From Rhodobacter sp. CACIA14H1 (GTDB lineage Bacteria; Pseudomonadota; Alphaproteobacteria; Rhodobacterales; Rhodobacteraceae), in the NCBI GenBank assembly GCA_000500915.1, contig AYNO01000001.1, forward strand, positions 800 through 64,799: DNA of 64,000 nt, written 5' to 3'. Under the pieces are notes generated by a model. That model was given only the letters and a program-made list of their open reading frames with translations. It had not been told where the DNA came from and searched no databases. The position numbers and the translations under genes are program-made. Positions 18,821-27,720 of the stretch are shown piece by piece. Within the stretch, counting starts at the first letter, position 1; every line of letters begins with the position of its first letter.

Positions 18821-19507
18821 ATGACCAAAGCGAAATCCGAAAGCACCACCGAACACATGACCGACACCGCCCGCAAGGCGGCGGAAGACCTGAAGGAGAC
18901 CGGGCGCGAGGCGCTCGAAGGCGCGAAATCCGTGATGGGTGACGCCATGTCCGACCTGCGCACGGGCGCGGCGGCAAAGGCCGACGAAGTCCGCGAAGTG
19001 ATTGCCGAGGAAGGCAGCCGCATGGCCCGCTCCCTGCACGAGGCGGCGGGTCAATATGGCGGCGGCGTTCAGTCCCGCGTGCTGGACACCATGGCCAGCG
19101 GGCTGGACAGCGTGTCGCGCACCATCGCCACCCGCGATGCGGAAAGCCTGATGTCCGACGTGCAGTCCTTTGCCCGCCGCAACCCCGCACTCTTCATCGC
19201 GGGCGCGGCGGTGGCGGGGATCGTCCTCGTCCGGCTCGCGGCCCAGTCGGGGCGCAACGCCGATCAGGGCATCGGCGACTACGGCCGGACCGGCTCGCAG
19301 GCGGGCGACATGGGCGCGGGACTGCAATCCGGCGGCATGGGCGGCATGGGCGGCCAGACCGGAGGCCGGATGGGTGGCCAGATGGGAGGAATGTCCGGTG
19401 ATCCCGTCATCGGCCCCGACGAGGGCGGCATGATGGGCGAAGGCGAAGACCTGCGCGGCGACGACATCCCCGGCACGCGCGGCCCGTCGATGGGGGGCAA
19501 CCTGTGA
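18821..19507 (+). CDS. Stress-induced helical protein with ElaB/DUF883-like membrane anchor
   Basis: DVQSFARRNPALFIAGAAVAGIVLVR motif; GGMGG-rich tail; GAGGAG RBS. Confidence 0.7.
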   Translation: MTKAKSESTTEHMTDTARKAAEDLKETGREALEGAKSVMGDAMSDLRTGAAAKADEVREVIAEEGSRMARSLHEAAGQYGGGVQSRVLDTMASGLDSVSRTIATRDAESLMSDVQSFARRNPALFIAGAAVAGIVLVRLAAQSGRNADQGIGDYGRTGSQAGDMGAGLQSGGMGGMGGQTGGRMGGQMGGMSGDPVIGPDEGGMMGEGEDLRGDDIPGTRGPSMGGNL

Positions 19508-19932
19508 CGGACATCACCCCCGACACCCCCCCGCCCGAGGCGCGGTCCACCCCGGACCTCATCAGCCAGGCGTTCCAGCATCTCGGCAATCTGGTGAAGG
19601 GCGAGATCAACCTCGCCCGCGCCGAACTCCATGACGGCATCCAGACCGCCGTCGCGGGCATCGCCATGATGGCCGGTGCGCTGGTCATGGTCCTCGTGGG
19701 CCTCAACGTGCTGGCCGCCGCCATCGTCGCGGGCCTGACCGAGATGGGCCTTCACCCCGGCTGGGCCGCCTTCATCGTCGGCGTCCTCTTCCTCGTCGCG
19801 GCGGGCATCCTCGTCCTGACGGGCAAGAAATCGCTGGACCCGTCCATCCTTGCCCCGAACCGCACCGCGCGGAACGTCCGCCGCGATGCCGCAACCATCA
19901 AGGAGGCAACCACCAATGACCCCCGCAGATGA
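19504..19932 (+). CDS. Phage-holin-family (YqjE-like) membrane protein
   Basis: LVKGEINLARAEL, two TM helices, LAPNRTARNVRRD. Confidence 0.8.
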   Translation: MTDITPDTPPPEARSTPDLISQAFQHLGNLVKGEINLARAELHDGIQTAVAGIAMMAGALVMVLVGLNVLAAAIVAGLTEMGLHPGWAAFIVGVLFLVAAGILVLTGKKSLDPSILAPNRTARNVRRDAATIKEATTNDPRR

Positions 19933-20818
19933 CACCGACACCCCCCGCGCCATCGAGGCGGGGCTGGAACGCGACCGTTCCGCCCTCGCCTCCACGCTGG
20001 ACGAACTGACCCACCGCGCCTCGATCGACTACATCGCGCGCGAGGCGCTGGGGATGATCAAGGTCAACACCACCGACGCCACCCGCACCGCGGAACGCGC
20101 CATCCGTGACAACCCCGTGGCCTTCGGCCTGATGGGGCTGGGGCTGGCCTGGATGATGCTGGGCGGCAAGACACAGGGCAGCAAGGCACGGGGCGACCAC
20201 TCCGGCAACACCTACGGCCTGCACGCCGACGACCCCGATCCCGACTGGCACCGCAACATGGGCGGCGTCCGCGCCCGCGCCCGCGACGCCCTCCACCGGA
20301 TCGAGGAAGAGGCCCGCTCCACCCTCGGCTCGCTCACCGATCAGGCCCGCGACTTCGCCGCCGAACGGACGAAGGTGCTGGAGGAGTTCACCCACGAATT
20401 CCGCCAGAACCTCTCGCAGGGCCTCGAACACCTGACCGAAAGCGCCCGCGATCAGGTCATCGCCGCCCGCCAGCAGGCCTATGGCGCATGGCTCCGCGCC
20501 GAACGCGTGGTCCGGGGCGGCGGGCGCGAGGTCATCAGCATGGTGGACGAACACCCCGTCGCCTCCGGCGCCGTCGCGCTGGCGGTGGGCGCGGTCGTTG
20601 GCCTTGCCGTGATGAAGGCCGGCCAGCAGGACCGCGACGCCCGTGGGCTTCGGCAGGGCCACTGGACGAAGCGCGGCCCCGCCACCCATGCGGGCGGCAT
20701 GGAAGGCGCCAACTTCGTCTCCACCGGCGGCGCAGGCACGGCCTCGGGCAGCGCGAGGGGCAAGCACGAAGGCCCCTTCGGCGGCACGTCGCCCGCAGGC
20801 GGCATTCCGCCGACCTGA
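19916..20818 (+). CDS. DUF3618-like protein with C-terminal membrane anchor
   Basis: IEAGLERDRSALASTLDEL, IRDNPVAFGLMGLGLAW, DEHPVASGAVALAVGAVVG; AGGAGG RBS before ATG 19916. Confidence 0.75.
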   Translation: MTPADDTDTPRAIEAGLERDRSALASTLDELTHRASIDYIAREALGMIKVNTTDATRTAERAIRDNPVAFGLMGLGLAWMMLGGKTQGSKARGDHSGNTYGLHADDPDPDWHRNMGGVRARARDALHRIEEEARSTLGSLTDQARDFAAERTKVLEEFTHEFRQNLSQGLEHLTESARDQVIAARQQAYGAWLRAERVVRGGGREVISMVDEHPVASGAVALAVGAVVGLAVMKAGQQDRDARGLRQGHWTKRGPATHAGGMEGANFVSTGGAGTASGSARGKHEGPFGGTSPAGGIPPT

Positions 20819-20838
20819 TCACACAGCGCGGCGGGCCG

Positions 20839-20864
20839 GGAACTCCGGCCCGCCTCGGCACGTT
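20839..20864 (+). promoter_or_regulatory. EcfG-type promoter
   Basis: GGAAC-N17-CGTT. Confidence 0.8.
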
Positions 20865-20899
20865 GGCCCCGCGTCAACCGCAGCGAAAGGAGACCTGCC

Positions 20900-21385
20900 A
20901 TGTTGCACCGCACGCTGGCGGCCACGCTTGCCGCAACCTTCCTTGCCACCGCCACGCTGGCGCAGGAACCGACCACCGTCCGCGAAGTCGATGTCGAAGT
21001 GGACCTTGGCGCCATCGCCAACCCCGCCGCAGCGACCTACTGGACCAACGTGGCCGACGATCTGGAAAACGCCATCGTTGCCCGCATCACCGACCGCACC
21101 GATCCCGACGGCGTCCGCATCGCCATCGACATCGAGGAAGTCTCCCTCGCCTCGCTCTACGAAAACCTGACGGACATCGCGGATACGCGCATGGTGGGGC
21201 AGGTCAACATCACCTCCGACACCGACAACACCAAGTTCAACGCCTACGAACTCTCGGTCCGGGTCGAAGAGGCGCTTCCCTTCTTTCCGCCCGGCACAGT
21301 GGTCACGGCCATCGTCCGCGACACGCCCGAATACTACCGCGCGATGATCGAGGCCTTTGCCGACGCGGTGGTCCGCCGCCTGTGA
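20900..21385 (+). CDS. Secreted hypothetical protein
   Basis: Signal peptide ending ATLA-QE; AAGGAG RBS; EcfG promoter. Confidence 0.8.
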   Translation: MLHRTLAATLAATFLATATLAQEPTTVREVDVEVDLGAIANPAAATYWTNVADDLENAIVARITDRTDPDGVRIAIDIEEVSLASLYENLTDIADTRMVGQVNITSDTDNTKFNAYELSVRVEEALPFFPPGTVVTAIVRDTPEYYRAMIEAFADAVVRRL

Positions 21386-21392
21386 CGGCCCT

Positions 21393-21426
21393 GCTGACAG
21401 GAAAGGTCTTTCCCTTTCCTGTCAGC
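21393..21426. promoter_or_regulatory. 14-bp perfect inverted repeat (terminator or operator)
   Basis: GCTGACAGGAAAGG-tctttc-CCTTTCCTGTCAGC. Confidence 0.55.
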
Positions 21427-21524
21427 CACTTGGCCAAACCCTGTGCGGATTTTCCCCCGACCAGCGGAACCCGACCCCCCGCATCGGTGCTTTAGCCACA
21501 TCAAAAGACGACCGGAGGGACAAC

Positions 21525-22175
21525 ATGCAGACCGGGATGACCTGCCTCGACATAGCGATCCTGGACCGCAACCCGCTGCTTGCAGACGGCATGGCGGCCC
21601 TGCTGGAACGCCAGCACGGCACCCGCGCCGTCGCCCTGCGCGTCACCGGCACGCTGGAACCCGAAGACCCCGTCTCCGGCCCCTTCGATATCCTGGTCCT
21701 CGACCCCGCCGATTTCGCCCTCCCCGTCCCCGCCATGGTCGCCCAGCTCCGCGCCCTGTCCGGCGGGGCGCGGATGATCGGCTATTCCGCCTCCGACAGC
21801 TCCGCACTGGCCCGCGCCTGCCTCGCCGAAGGCTTCCGCGCCTTCCTTTCGAAAACCGCCAGCCTCGACGCGCTGCAGACCGCCATCGCCGCGGTGCAGT
21901 CCGGTGCGCTCTACCTCGACCCGCGCTATGCGGACGCCATCCTTGCCACGCCCTCCGTGACATCGCCCCCGCCCGCCCCCGCCCGGGGCCTGACCGAACG
22001 CGAGGCCTATGTCCTGAAATCCGTCGCCCGCGGCAAAAGCCTGAAAGAGATCGGCTACGAACTCGCCCTCTCTTCCAAGACGGTGGAAACCTACAAGGCC
22101 CGCGGCACCTCCAAGCTCAACATCTCCGGACGGCGCGAGATCGTGGAATACGCGATCCGGTCCGGCTGGGTCTGA
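21525..22175 (+). CDS. NarL/RcsB-like response regulator (REC + LuxR HTH)
   Basis: DILVLD receiver segment; LTEREAYVLKSVARGKSLKEIGYELALSSKTVETYKARGTSKL; GGAGG RBS. Confidence 0.88.
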   Translation: MQTGMTCLDIAILDRNPLLADGMAALLERQHGTRAVALRVTGTLEPEDPVSGPFDILVLDPADFALPVPAMVAQLRALSGGARMIGYSASDSSALARACLAEGFRAFLSKTASLDALQTAIAAVQSGALYLDPRYADAILATPSVTSPPPAPARGLTEREAYVLKSVARGKSLKEIGYELALSSKTVETYKARGTSKLNISGRREIVEYAIRSGWV

Positions 22176-22200
22176 CGGCCATGTCCGCGCCACCCCCCCA

Positions 22201-22232
22201 AGGGGATTTCCGCCTGTCAGGAAATGCCTGCC
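22201..22232. promoter_or_regulatory. Tandem imperfect palindromes upstream of algD (candidate regulator sites)
   Basis: AGGGGATTTCCGCCT followed by GTCAGGAAATGCCTGCC; shares CCTGTCAG with the 21393 repeat. Confidence 0.35.
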
Positions 22233-22365
22233 TGTATTCCTTTGAAATCAGGCGTTTGACGGACTTTCTGTAACCCGCCCCCTCACCTAGACCCGCCACA
22301 TCCGCACCCCGCCGGGCGTGCGGCATGGCCCCCACATACACCCACCCTCACTGATGGAGACTTGA

Positions 22366-23685
22366 ATGGCAAATATCGCGGTATTCGGAATAGGCTATGT
22401 CGGTGTCGTCTCGGCGGCCTGCCTCGCCCGCGACGGCCACCGTGTCATCGCCGTGGACGTGGACCCGACCAAGGTCGCCGCCATCAATGCGGGCCTCTCG
22501 CCCATCGTCGAACCCGGCGTGTCGGAAATCATCGCGGAATGCGTGGCCGAAGGCCGCCTGACCGCCACGACCGACGCTGAACACGCCATCCGCGAAACCG
22601 ACGCCTCCTTCGTCTGCGTCGGCACCCCCTCCGCCCCCGACGGCTCCATCTCGCTGGAATACGTCAAGGACGCCTGCCGCGCCATCGGCTCCGCCATCGC
22701 GGCCAAGGGGGGCTACCACTCCGTCATCCTGCGCTCCACCATCGTCCCCGGCACGATGGAGGAAACCTGCATCCCCGTCCTCGAAACCGCCTCGGGTCGC
22801 AAGGCGGGCACCGATTTCGGCGTCGGCTACTACCCCGAATTCCTGCGCGAAAGCACCGCCGTCGCCGATTACCGCGACCCCGGCCTGATCGTCTTCGGTG
22901 CGCTGGACGACATGACCGCCCGCCTCCTGACCGACCTAAACGGAGGCATCGACTGCAAGATCCACGTCACCGACCTGCGCACGGCGGAAATGGTGAAATA
23001 CACCTCCAACGCATGGCGGGCGGTGAAGGTGTCCTTCGCCAACGAAATCGGCAACATCGCCAAATCGGCGGGGCTGGACGGCCAGCAGGTGCTGTCCATC
23101 CTCACCTCCGACCTCAAGGTGTCGATGTCGCCGTGGTTCATGCGCCCCGGCTTCGCCTTCGGCGGCTCCTGCCTGCCCAAGGATGTCCGCGCCCTCCGCG
23201 CCTTCGCCGCCACCCGCCGGACGGAAACCCCCCTGCTCGACGCCGTCCTCGTCGCCAATGCCGAACAGATCGCCCGGGCCGAGGCGATGGTCCGCGACGC
23301 AGGCGCCCGCCGCGTCGGCCTGATCGGCATCAGCTTCAAGCCCGGCACCGACGACATGCGCGAAAGCCCCCTCGCCGAACTCGCCTCGCGCCTGATCGGG
23401 CAGGGCGTCGCGGTCAAGGTCTGGGACCCCTACGTGCAAGAGGCCTGCGATGCCGACCTCACCTCTACGGGGCGCGGCAACGACTGGGGCATCGACCTGA
23501 AGGAAACGCTCGTCCCCTCGCTCGATGACCTGATCGAAGGCACCGACATCCTCCTCGTCGGCAACCGCTACGAAGACGCCGTCACCCGCCTGACCGCGCT
23601 CAACGGCGACCGCACCGTGATCGACCTCGCCCGCATCGACCCCAAACGCCGGTCCGGCGGCAGCTATCACGGCATCTGCTGGTAA
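22366..23685 (+). CDS. algD: GDP-mannose 6-dehydrogenase
   Basis: GIGYVG, CVGTPS, PEFLRESTAV, EMVKY, MRPGFAFGGSCLPKDVRAL (as recalled for AlgD); operon context. Confidence 0.88.
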   Translation: MANIAVFGIGYVGVVSAACLARDGHRVIAVDVDPTKVAAINAGLSPIVEPGVSEIIAECVAEGRLTATTDAEHAIRETDASFVCVGTPSAPDGSISLEYVKDACRAIGSAIAAKGGYHSVILRSTIVPGTMEETCIPVLETASGRKAGTDFGVGYYPEFLRESTAVADYRDPGLIVFGALDDMTARLLTDLNGGIDCKIHVTDLRTAEMVKYTSNAWRAVKVSFANEIGNIAKSAGLDGQQVLSILTSDLKVSMSPWFMRPGFAFGGSCLPKDVRALRAFAATRRTETPLLDAVLVANAEQIARAEAMVRDAGARRVGLIGISFKPGTDDMRESPLAELASRLIGQGVAVKVWDPYVQEACDADLTSTGRGNDWGIDLKETLVPSLDDLIEGTDILLVGNRYEDAVTRLTALNGDRTVIDLARIDPKRRSGGSYHGICW

Positions 23686-23690
23686 CGGCC

Positions 23691-25157
23691 ATGGGTCACG
23701 CGCTCTACCTTGCCGTCATGGTGCTGCTGGCCACCAGCATCCCGCCGCAGGCCATCGGCCATGCGGCGGGGGGGCTGGTGGTCGTGGGCCTCATCGGGAC
23801 ATGGCGCTATTCCTGGGCGGCGGTGAACGGCATCCGCGCGTGGCTCTATGTGCGCTTCGCCTATCCCCGCCTGCGCCTGCGGGCCGAAGCCGCCTACCGG
23901 CAGGCCGCGCATCCGGCCCATGCCTATTTCCTCGTCACCTCCTACAAGATCGACGCCGCCACCACGACCCGCGTCTATCAATCGCTCTTCCGCGCCGCCG
24001 CCGCCTCGGCAGGCGGGGCGACCATCGTCGCCTCGGTGGTGGAATCCGGCGATGCCCGTCTCATCCGCCGGCTCTTCGCGCTCATGCCGCTCGACCTCGG
24101 CCATGTGCGCCTGATCGTGGACCAGATCCCCGGCACCGGCAAACGCGACGCACTGGCCCGCTCGCTCCGCCTGATCGCCCGCGCGGCACCCACCCGCCGC
24201 GATGTCGTGCTCTTCGTCGATGGCGACAGCGCCGTGCCCGAAGATGTCGTGGCCCGCGCCGCGCCCTTCTTCACCGACCCGCGCATCGGCGCCCTGACCA
24301 CCGACGAAGAGGTGGAAATCGCCCGCCCCGGCGCCTTCCGCGACTGGTTCGATCTCCGCTTCGCGCAGCGTCAGGTGATGATGTGCTCCATGGCGCTGTC
24401 GGGCCGCGTCCTCACCCTGACGGGCCGCATGTCCGTCTTCCGCGCCGACCTCGCCACCCATCCCGATTTCATCACGCAGGTGCAAAGCGACTATATCGAC
24501 CACTGGCGCCTCGGCCGCGTGCAGTTCCTGACCGGCGACGACAAGTCCACATGGTTCTGGCTCCTGCGCCACGGCTACCGCATGGCCTACCTGCCCGACG
24601 TCTCCACCCTGTCGATGGAAAGCCAGCCCACCCCCACCTTCACCGGCAGCGCCGTCACGCTGATGATCCGCTGGTTCGGCAACATGCTGCGCACCAACGG
24701 CCGCGCCCTTGCCCTGCCCCCCGCGCAGATCGGCCTCTTCACATGGTGGTCCCTCCTCGACCAGCGGCTCGGCATCTGGACGACGCTGGCAGGCCCCATC
24801 TCGGTCATCCTCGGCACCTTCCTCGTCAGCCCGTGGACACTGCCCGCCTATCTCGGCTGGGTGATGTTCACCCGCTATGCGATGTGCGCCCTTCTCGCCC
24901 TGGTGCGGCGGCGCGGCTTCCCGGTGACATGGCCCTTCCTTCTCTATTTCGGCCAGATCGTGGGCGCCGGAGTCAAAAGTTACATCATGTTTCGGCTCGA
25001 CCGCCAAAGATGGACCCGTCAGTCCGCTGCGACGGGAACCCGCGCCACCACCCCCTCGTTTGAAACCCGCCTCAGGGACTGGTCCTCGCTGCACGCCCAT
25101 GCGCTCGCCCTCGGCTGGCTGACCTTCGGCGTCGTCGTGCTTTCCGGGCTGGTCTGA
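23691..25157 (+). CDS. alg8: Alginate polymerase glycosyltransferase (GT2)
   Basis: WRYSW, LVTSYKID, GTGKRDALA, VDGDS, LRFAQR...MCSMALSGRVLTLTGRMSVFRA, FLTGDDKSTWF, RWFGNMLR, FRLDRQRWTRQ. Confidence 0.93.
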   Translation: MGHALYLAVMVLLATSIPPQAIGHAAGGLVVVGLIGTWRYSWAAVNGIRAWLYVRFAYPRLRLRAEAAYRQAAHPAHAYFLVTSYKIDAATTTRVYQSLFRAAAASAGGATIVASVVESGDARLIRRLFALMPLDLGHVRLIVDQIPGTGKRDALARSLRLIARAAPTRRDVVLFVDGDSAVPEDVVARAAPFFTDPRIGALTTDEEVEIARPGAFRDWFDLRFAQRQVMMCSMALSGRVLTLTGRMSVFRADLATHPDFITQVQSDYIDHWRLGRVQFLTGDDKSTWFWLLRHGYRMAYLPDVSTLSMESQPTPTFTGSAVTLMIRWFGNMLRTNGRALALPPAQIGLFTWWSLLDQRLGIWTTLAGPISVILGTFLVSPWTLPAYLGWVMFTRYAMCALLALVRRRGFPVTWPFLLYFGQIVGAGVKSYIMFRLDRQRWTRQSAATGTRATTPSFETRLRDWSSLHAHALALGWLTFGVVVLSGLV

Positions 25158-25205
25158 GCACTGAACGAAAAAGAACCCTCCACCACGGAAGGGAAAGGAA
25201 CCGAA

Positions 25206-26257
25206 ATGGACTCTGCCGCAGAAACCGCACAGCAAACGCTGCCCCCGTCGAAGGGGGACCATCCCGTGCTGTCTCTCCCCTTCACCGTCGGCATCGACGG
25301 GCGCAACCACGCCGGACGCGGGCTGTCGCTCGTTTCGGCCGAAATCTCGGGCCTCGTGGATCCGGCACTGGAAGGCACGATCCGCCTCGTCCGCCTGATC
25401 TTCCCCTTCAACGGCTTCACCGTGGTCCTGTCGCTCAGGGCCCGCATCCAGCATGTCGAACCGGGCGAAGGCCGCGCCGTCCTCGTCTTCCTCGATCCGG
25501 CGGGCGAACACCTGCCGCAGCTGCGCCACATCCTGAATTCCTGGATCGCGGGCGACCTTGTCAGCCTCGGCGAAACCATCGGCGTCACCGCGACCCACGC
25601 CACCGCCCCCGCCCCGCCACGCGCAGCCGCAGGGGCAGCCGCCTGCTCGGCACGCTCGGGATGACGGTGGCCACCCTCGCGCTCTTTGCGCTGGCCGCCG
25701 GCATCCTCGTCTCGCGCAGCTACGCCGTGCCGCTCTCGCTTCCCGGGGCGGTGGCATGGGACAGCCGCGCCCTGTCCGCCGTCGCGGCGGGACAGATCGA
25801 CTACATCAACCCCGACGCCGCAAAGGGAGAGGTGGCCTTCGCCCTCCGCGCCACGACAGGCGAAACCCTGTCCATCGCCATGCCCTGCGACTGCGATGCC
25901 GAACCGGCCGGTCCCGTCGCCGGGTCCACCGTCCTTGCGGGCGAGCCCGTCCTCGTGCTGAAAGACGCCGATGCCGCGCTGATCGTCACCGCACCCGTCC
26001 TCCCCGAAGACCTCACGCGGCTTGCCTTCGCGGAACGTGTCGCCATCGACTTCGCAGACGGCACCCGCACCACCGCCACGCTGGATGCCGCGCGCCTGAT
26101 GCCTGCCGCGAACGGCACGCCGCAGCCCCTGCGCCTGCAGCCCGACACCCCCCTTCCCGCCGCGACGGCGGGCCAGTCCGTGCGCCTGACCGCCCTGAAA
26201 CCCATGCCTGCGATCCTCGAACCCGTCGCCCGCATCCTGCCCGCCTTCGGCCGCTGA
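25206..26257 (+). CDS. alg44: Alg44-like co-polymerase (degenerate PilZ + TM + membrane-fusion domain), split by a frameshift near 25605-25622
   Basis: ORFs 25206-25664 and 25661-26257; second frame continues upstream as RSRRGSRLLGTLG into a TM helix; SIAMPCDC matches the Alg44 SPCDC motif; position after alg8. Confidence 0.7.
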
Positions 26258-26268
26258 GGAGCCCAGAG

Positions 26269-27720
26269 ATGACCTCCCCCATCACCCCTCTCGTCCTGTG
26301 CGGCGGCATGGGCTCGCGCCTCTGGCCCCTGTCGCGCACCGAACAGCCAAAGCAGTTCCAGCCGATGGGCGGCCCCGGCAGCCCGACCTACTTCCAGGCC
26401 ACGGTCCAGCGCCATCGCGGCGCGGGCTTCGGTGATCCCATCGTGGTGACGAACGCCCGCCAGTCCATGCTCGTCGCCCGCCAGCTGCGCGAAATCCAGA
26501 CCCGCGCCCGCATCATCGGCGAACCCGTGGGGCGCAACACCGGCCCTGCCGTGCTTGCCGCCGCGCTGGATGCGCTGACACGCGACCCCGACGCGCAACT
26601 CCTCGTCCTGCCCTCCGACCACATGATCGGCGGCGACATCGGCGCGGCCGTGCTGTCCATGCAGGCCGCGGCAGAGCTGGGCCGCATCGTCACCTTCGGC
26701 GTGGCCCCCGCCTATGCCGAAACGGGCTACGGCTACATCGTCGATGGCGGCGCCTTCGCCGATTACCCCGGGATGCACCGCGTCGCCCGCTTCGTCGAGA
26801 AACCTCCCTTCGACCTTGCCTCGCACCTGATCGCGGAAGGCACGGCATGGTGGGCATCGGGCATCAGCCTCTTCCGCGCCGACACGCTGGTGGAAGAATT
26901 CCGCCGGCACGACCCTGACACGCTGGCCGCCGTCCGCGCCGCGCATCTGGGCGCGACCGAAGACCCGCTGCACCTGCAACTTGACGCCACCGCCTTCGCC
27001 GCCGCCGCCAACGAACCGACCGAACGGCTGGTCTTCGAACGCAGCGACCGCATCGCGCTGGCGCCGCTCCACGGCATCCTCTGGGACGATGTCGGCGCAT
27101 GGAACGCGGTGCACAAGATTTCGGACCGCTGCGCCGCAGGCAATGTGACGACGGGCGATGTCCTCGCCCTCGACACCCGCAACTCGCTGATCCGGGGCGA
27201 CTCGCGCCTGATCGCGGTGGTGGGCCTGTCCGACGTGATCGTGGTGGATACGCCCGACGCCGTGCTGGTGACGAACCGCGACAACGCCCAGAACGTGAAG
27301 AAGGTGGTCGAGGCGCTCAAATCCCGCGCCCGCCCCGAGGTGGAAACCCACACCGCCCGCGAAACCCGCTGGGGACGCATCGAACAGCTCACCCGCAATC
27401 GCGGCTTCACGCTGGACCTGCTGACCGTCGAACCCGGTGCCACCGCCATGATCAATGGCACCGGCATCGCGCCCTCGCTCGTCACCTTCCTCTCCCCCGG
27501 CGGCTTCTACGAACGCGGCGGACACCGGCACGAGGCCCGCGCCGGCGAATGCATCGCGGTCGAGGCGGACATCACCCTGCCCGTCACCAACGCCGCGCGG
27601 GCCGAATTGCGGATGGTCAAGCTCACCCTCGCCCCCGGCCTTGCAACCGACCCGCGCGCGGCCGTGGCGGGCGAAGCCGCCACAGCCCTCGCCGCTGCGG
27701 CCAACCCCGCGACGGCATGA
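26269..27720 (+). CDS. algA: Mannose-1-phosphate guanylyltransferase (AlgA/ManC-like) with divergent cupin domain
   Basis: LCGGMGSRLWPLSR..PKQF, EPVGRNTGPA, LPSDH, ETGYGYI, FVEKP, WDDVGAW; start ATG 26269 after GAGGAG. Confidence 0.85.
   Translation: MTSPITPLVLCGGMGSRLWPLSRTEQPKQFQPMGGPGSPTYFQATVQRHRGAGFGDPIVVTNARQSMLVARQLREIQTRARIIGEPVGRNTGPAVLAAALDALTRDPDAQLLVLPSDHMIGGDIGAAVLSMQAAAELGRIVTFGVAPAYAETGYGYIVDGGAFADYPGMHRVARFVEKPPFDLASHLIAEGTAWWASGISLFRADTLVEEFRRHDPDTLAAVRAAHLGATEDPLHLQLDATAFAAAANEPTERLVFERSDRIALAPLHGILWDDVGAWNAVHKISDRCAAGNVTTGDVLALDTRNSLIRGDSRLIAVVGLSDVIVVDTPDAVLVTNRDNAQNVKKVVEALKSRARPEVETHTARETRWGRIEQLTRNRGFTLDLLTVEPGATAMINGTGIAPSLVTFLSPGGFYERGGHRHEARAGECIAVEADITLPVTNAARAELRMVKLTLAPGLATDPRAAVAGEAATALAAAANPATA

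Noticed and set aside
19504-19932. Holin-family gene as evidence of a prophage
   Set aside because: No phage genes nearby; this family is commonly found in stress operons
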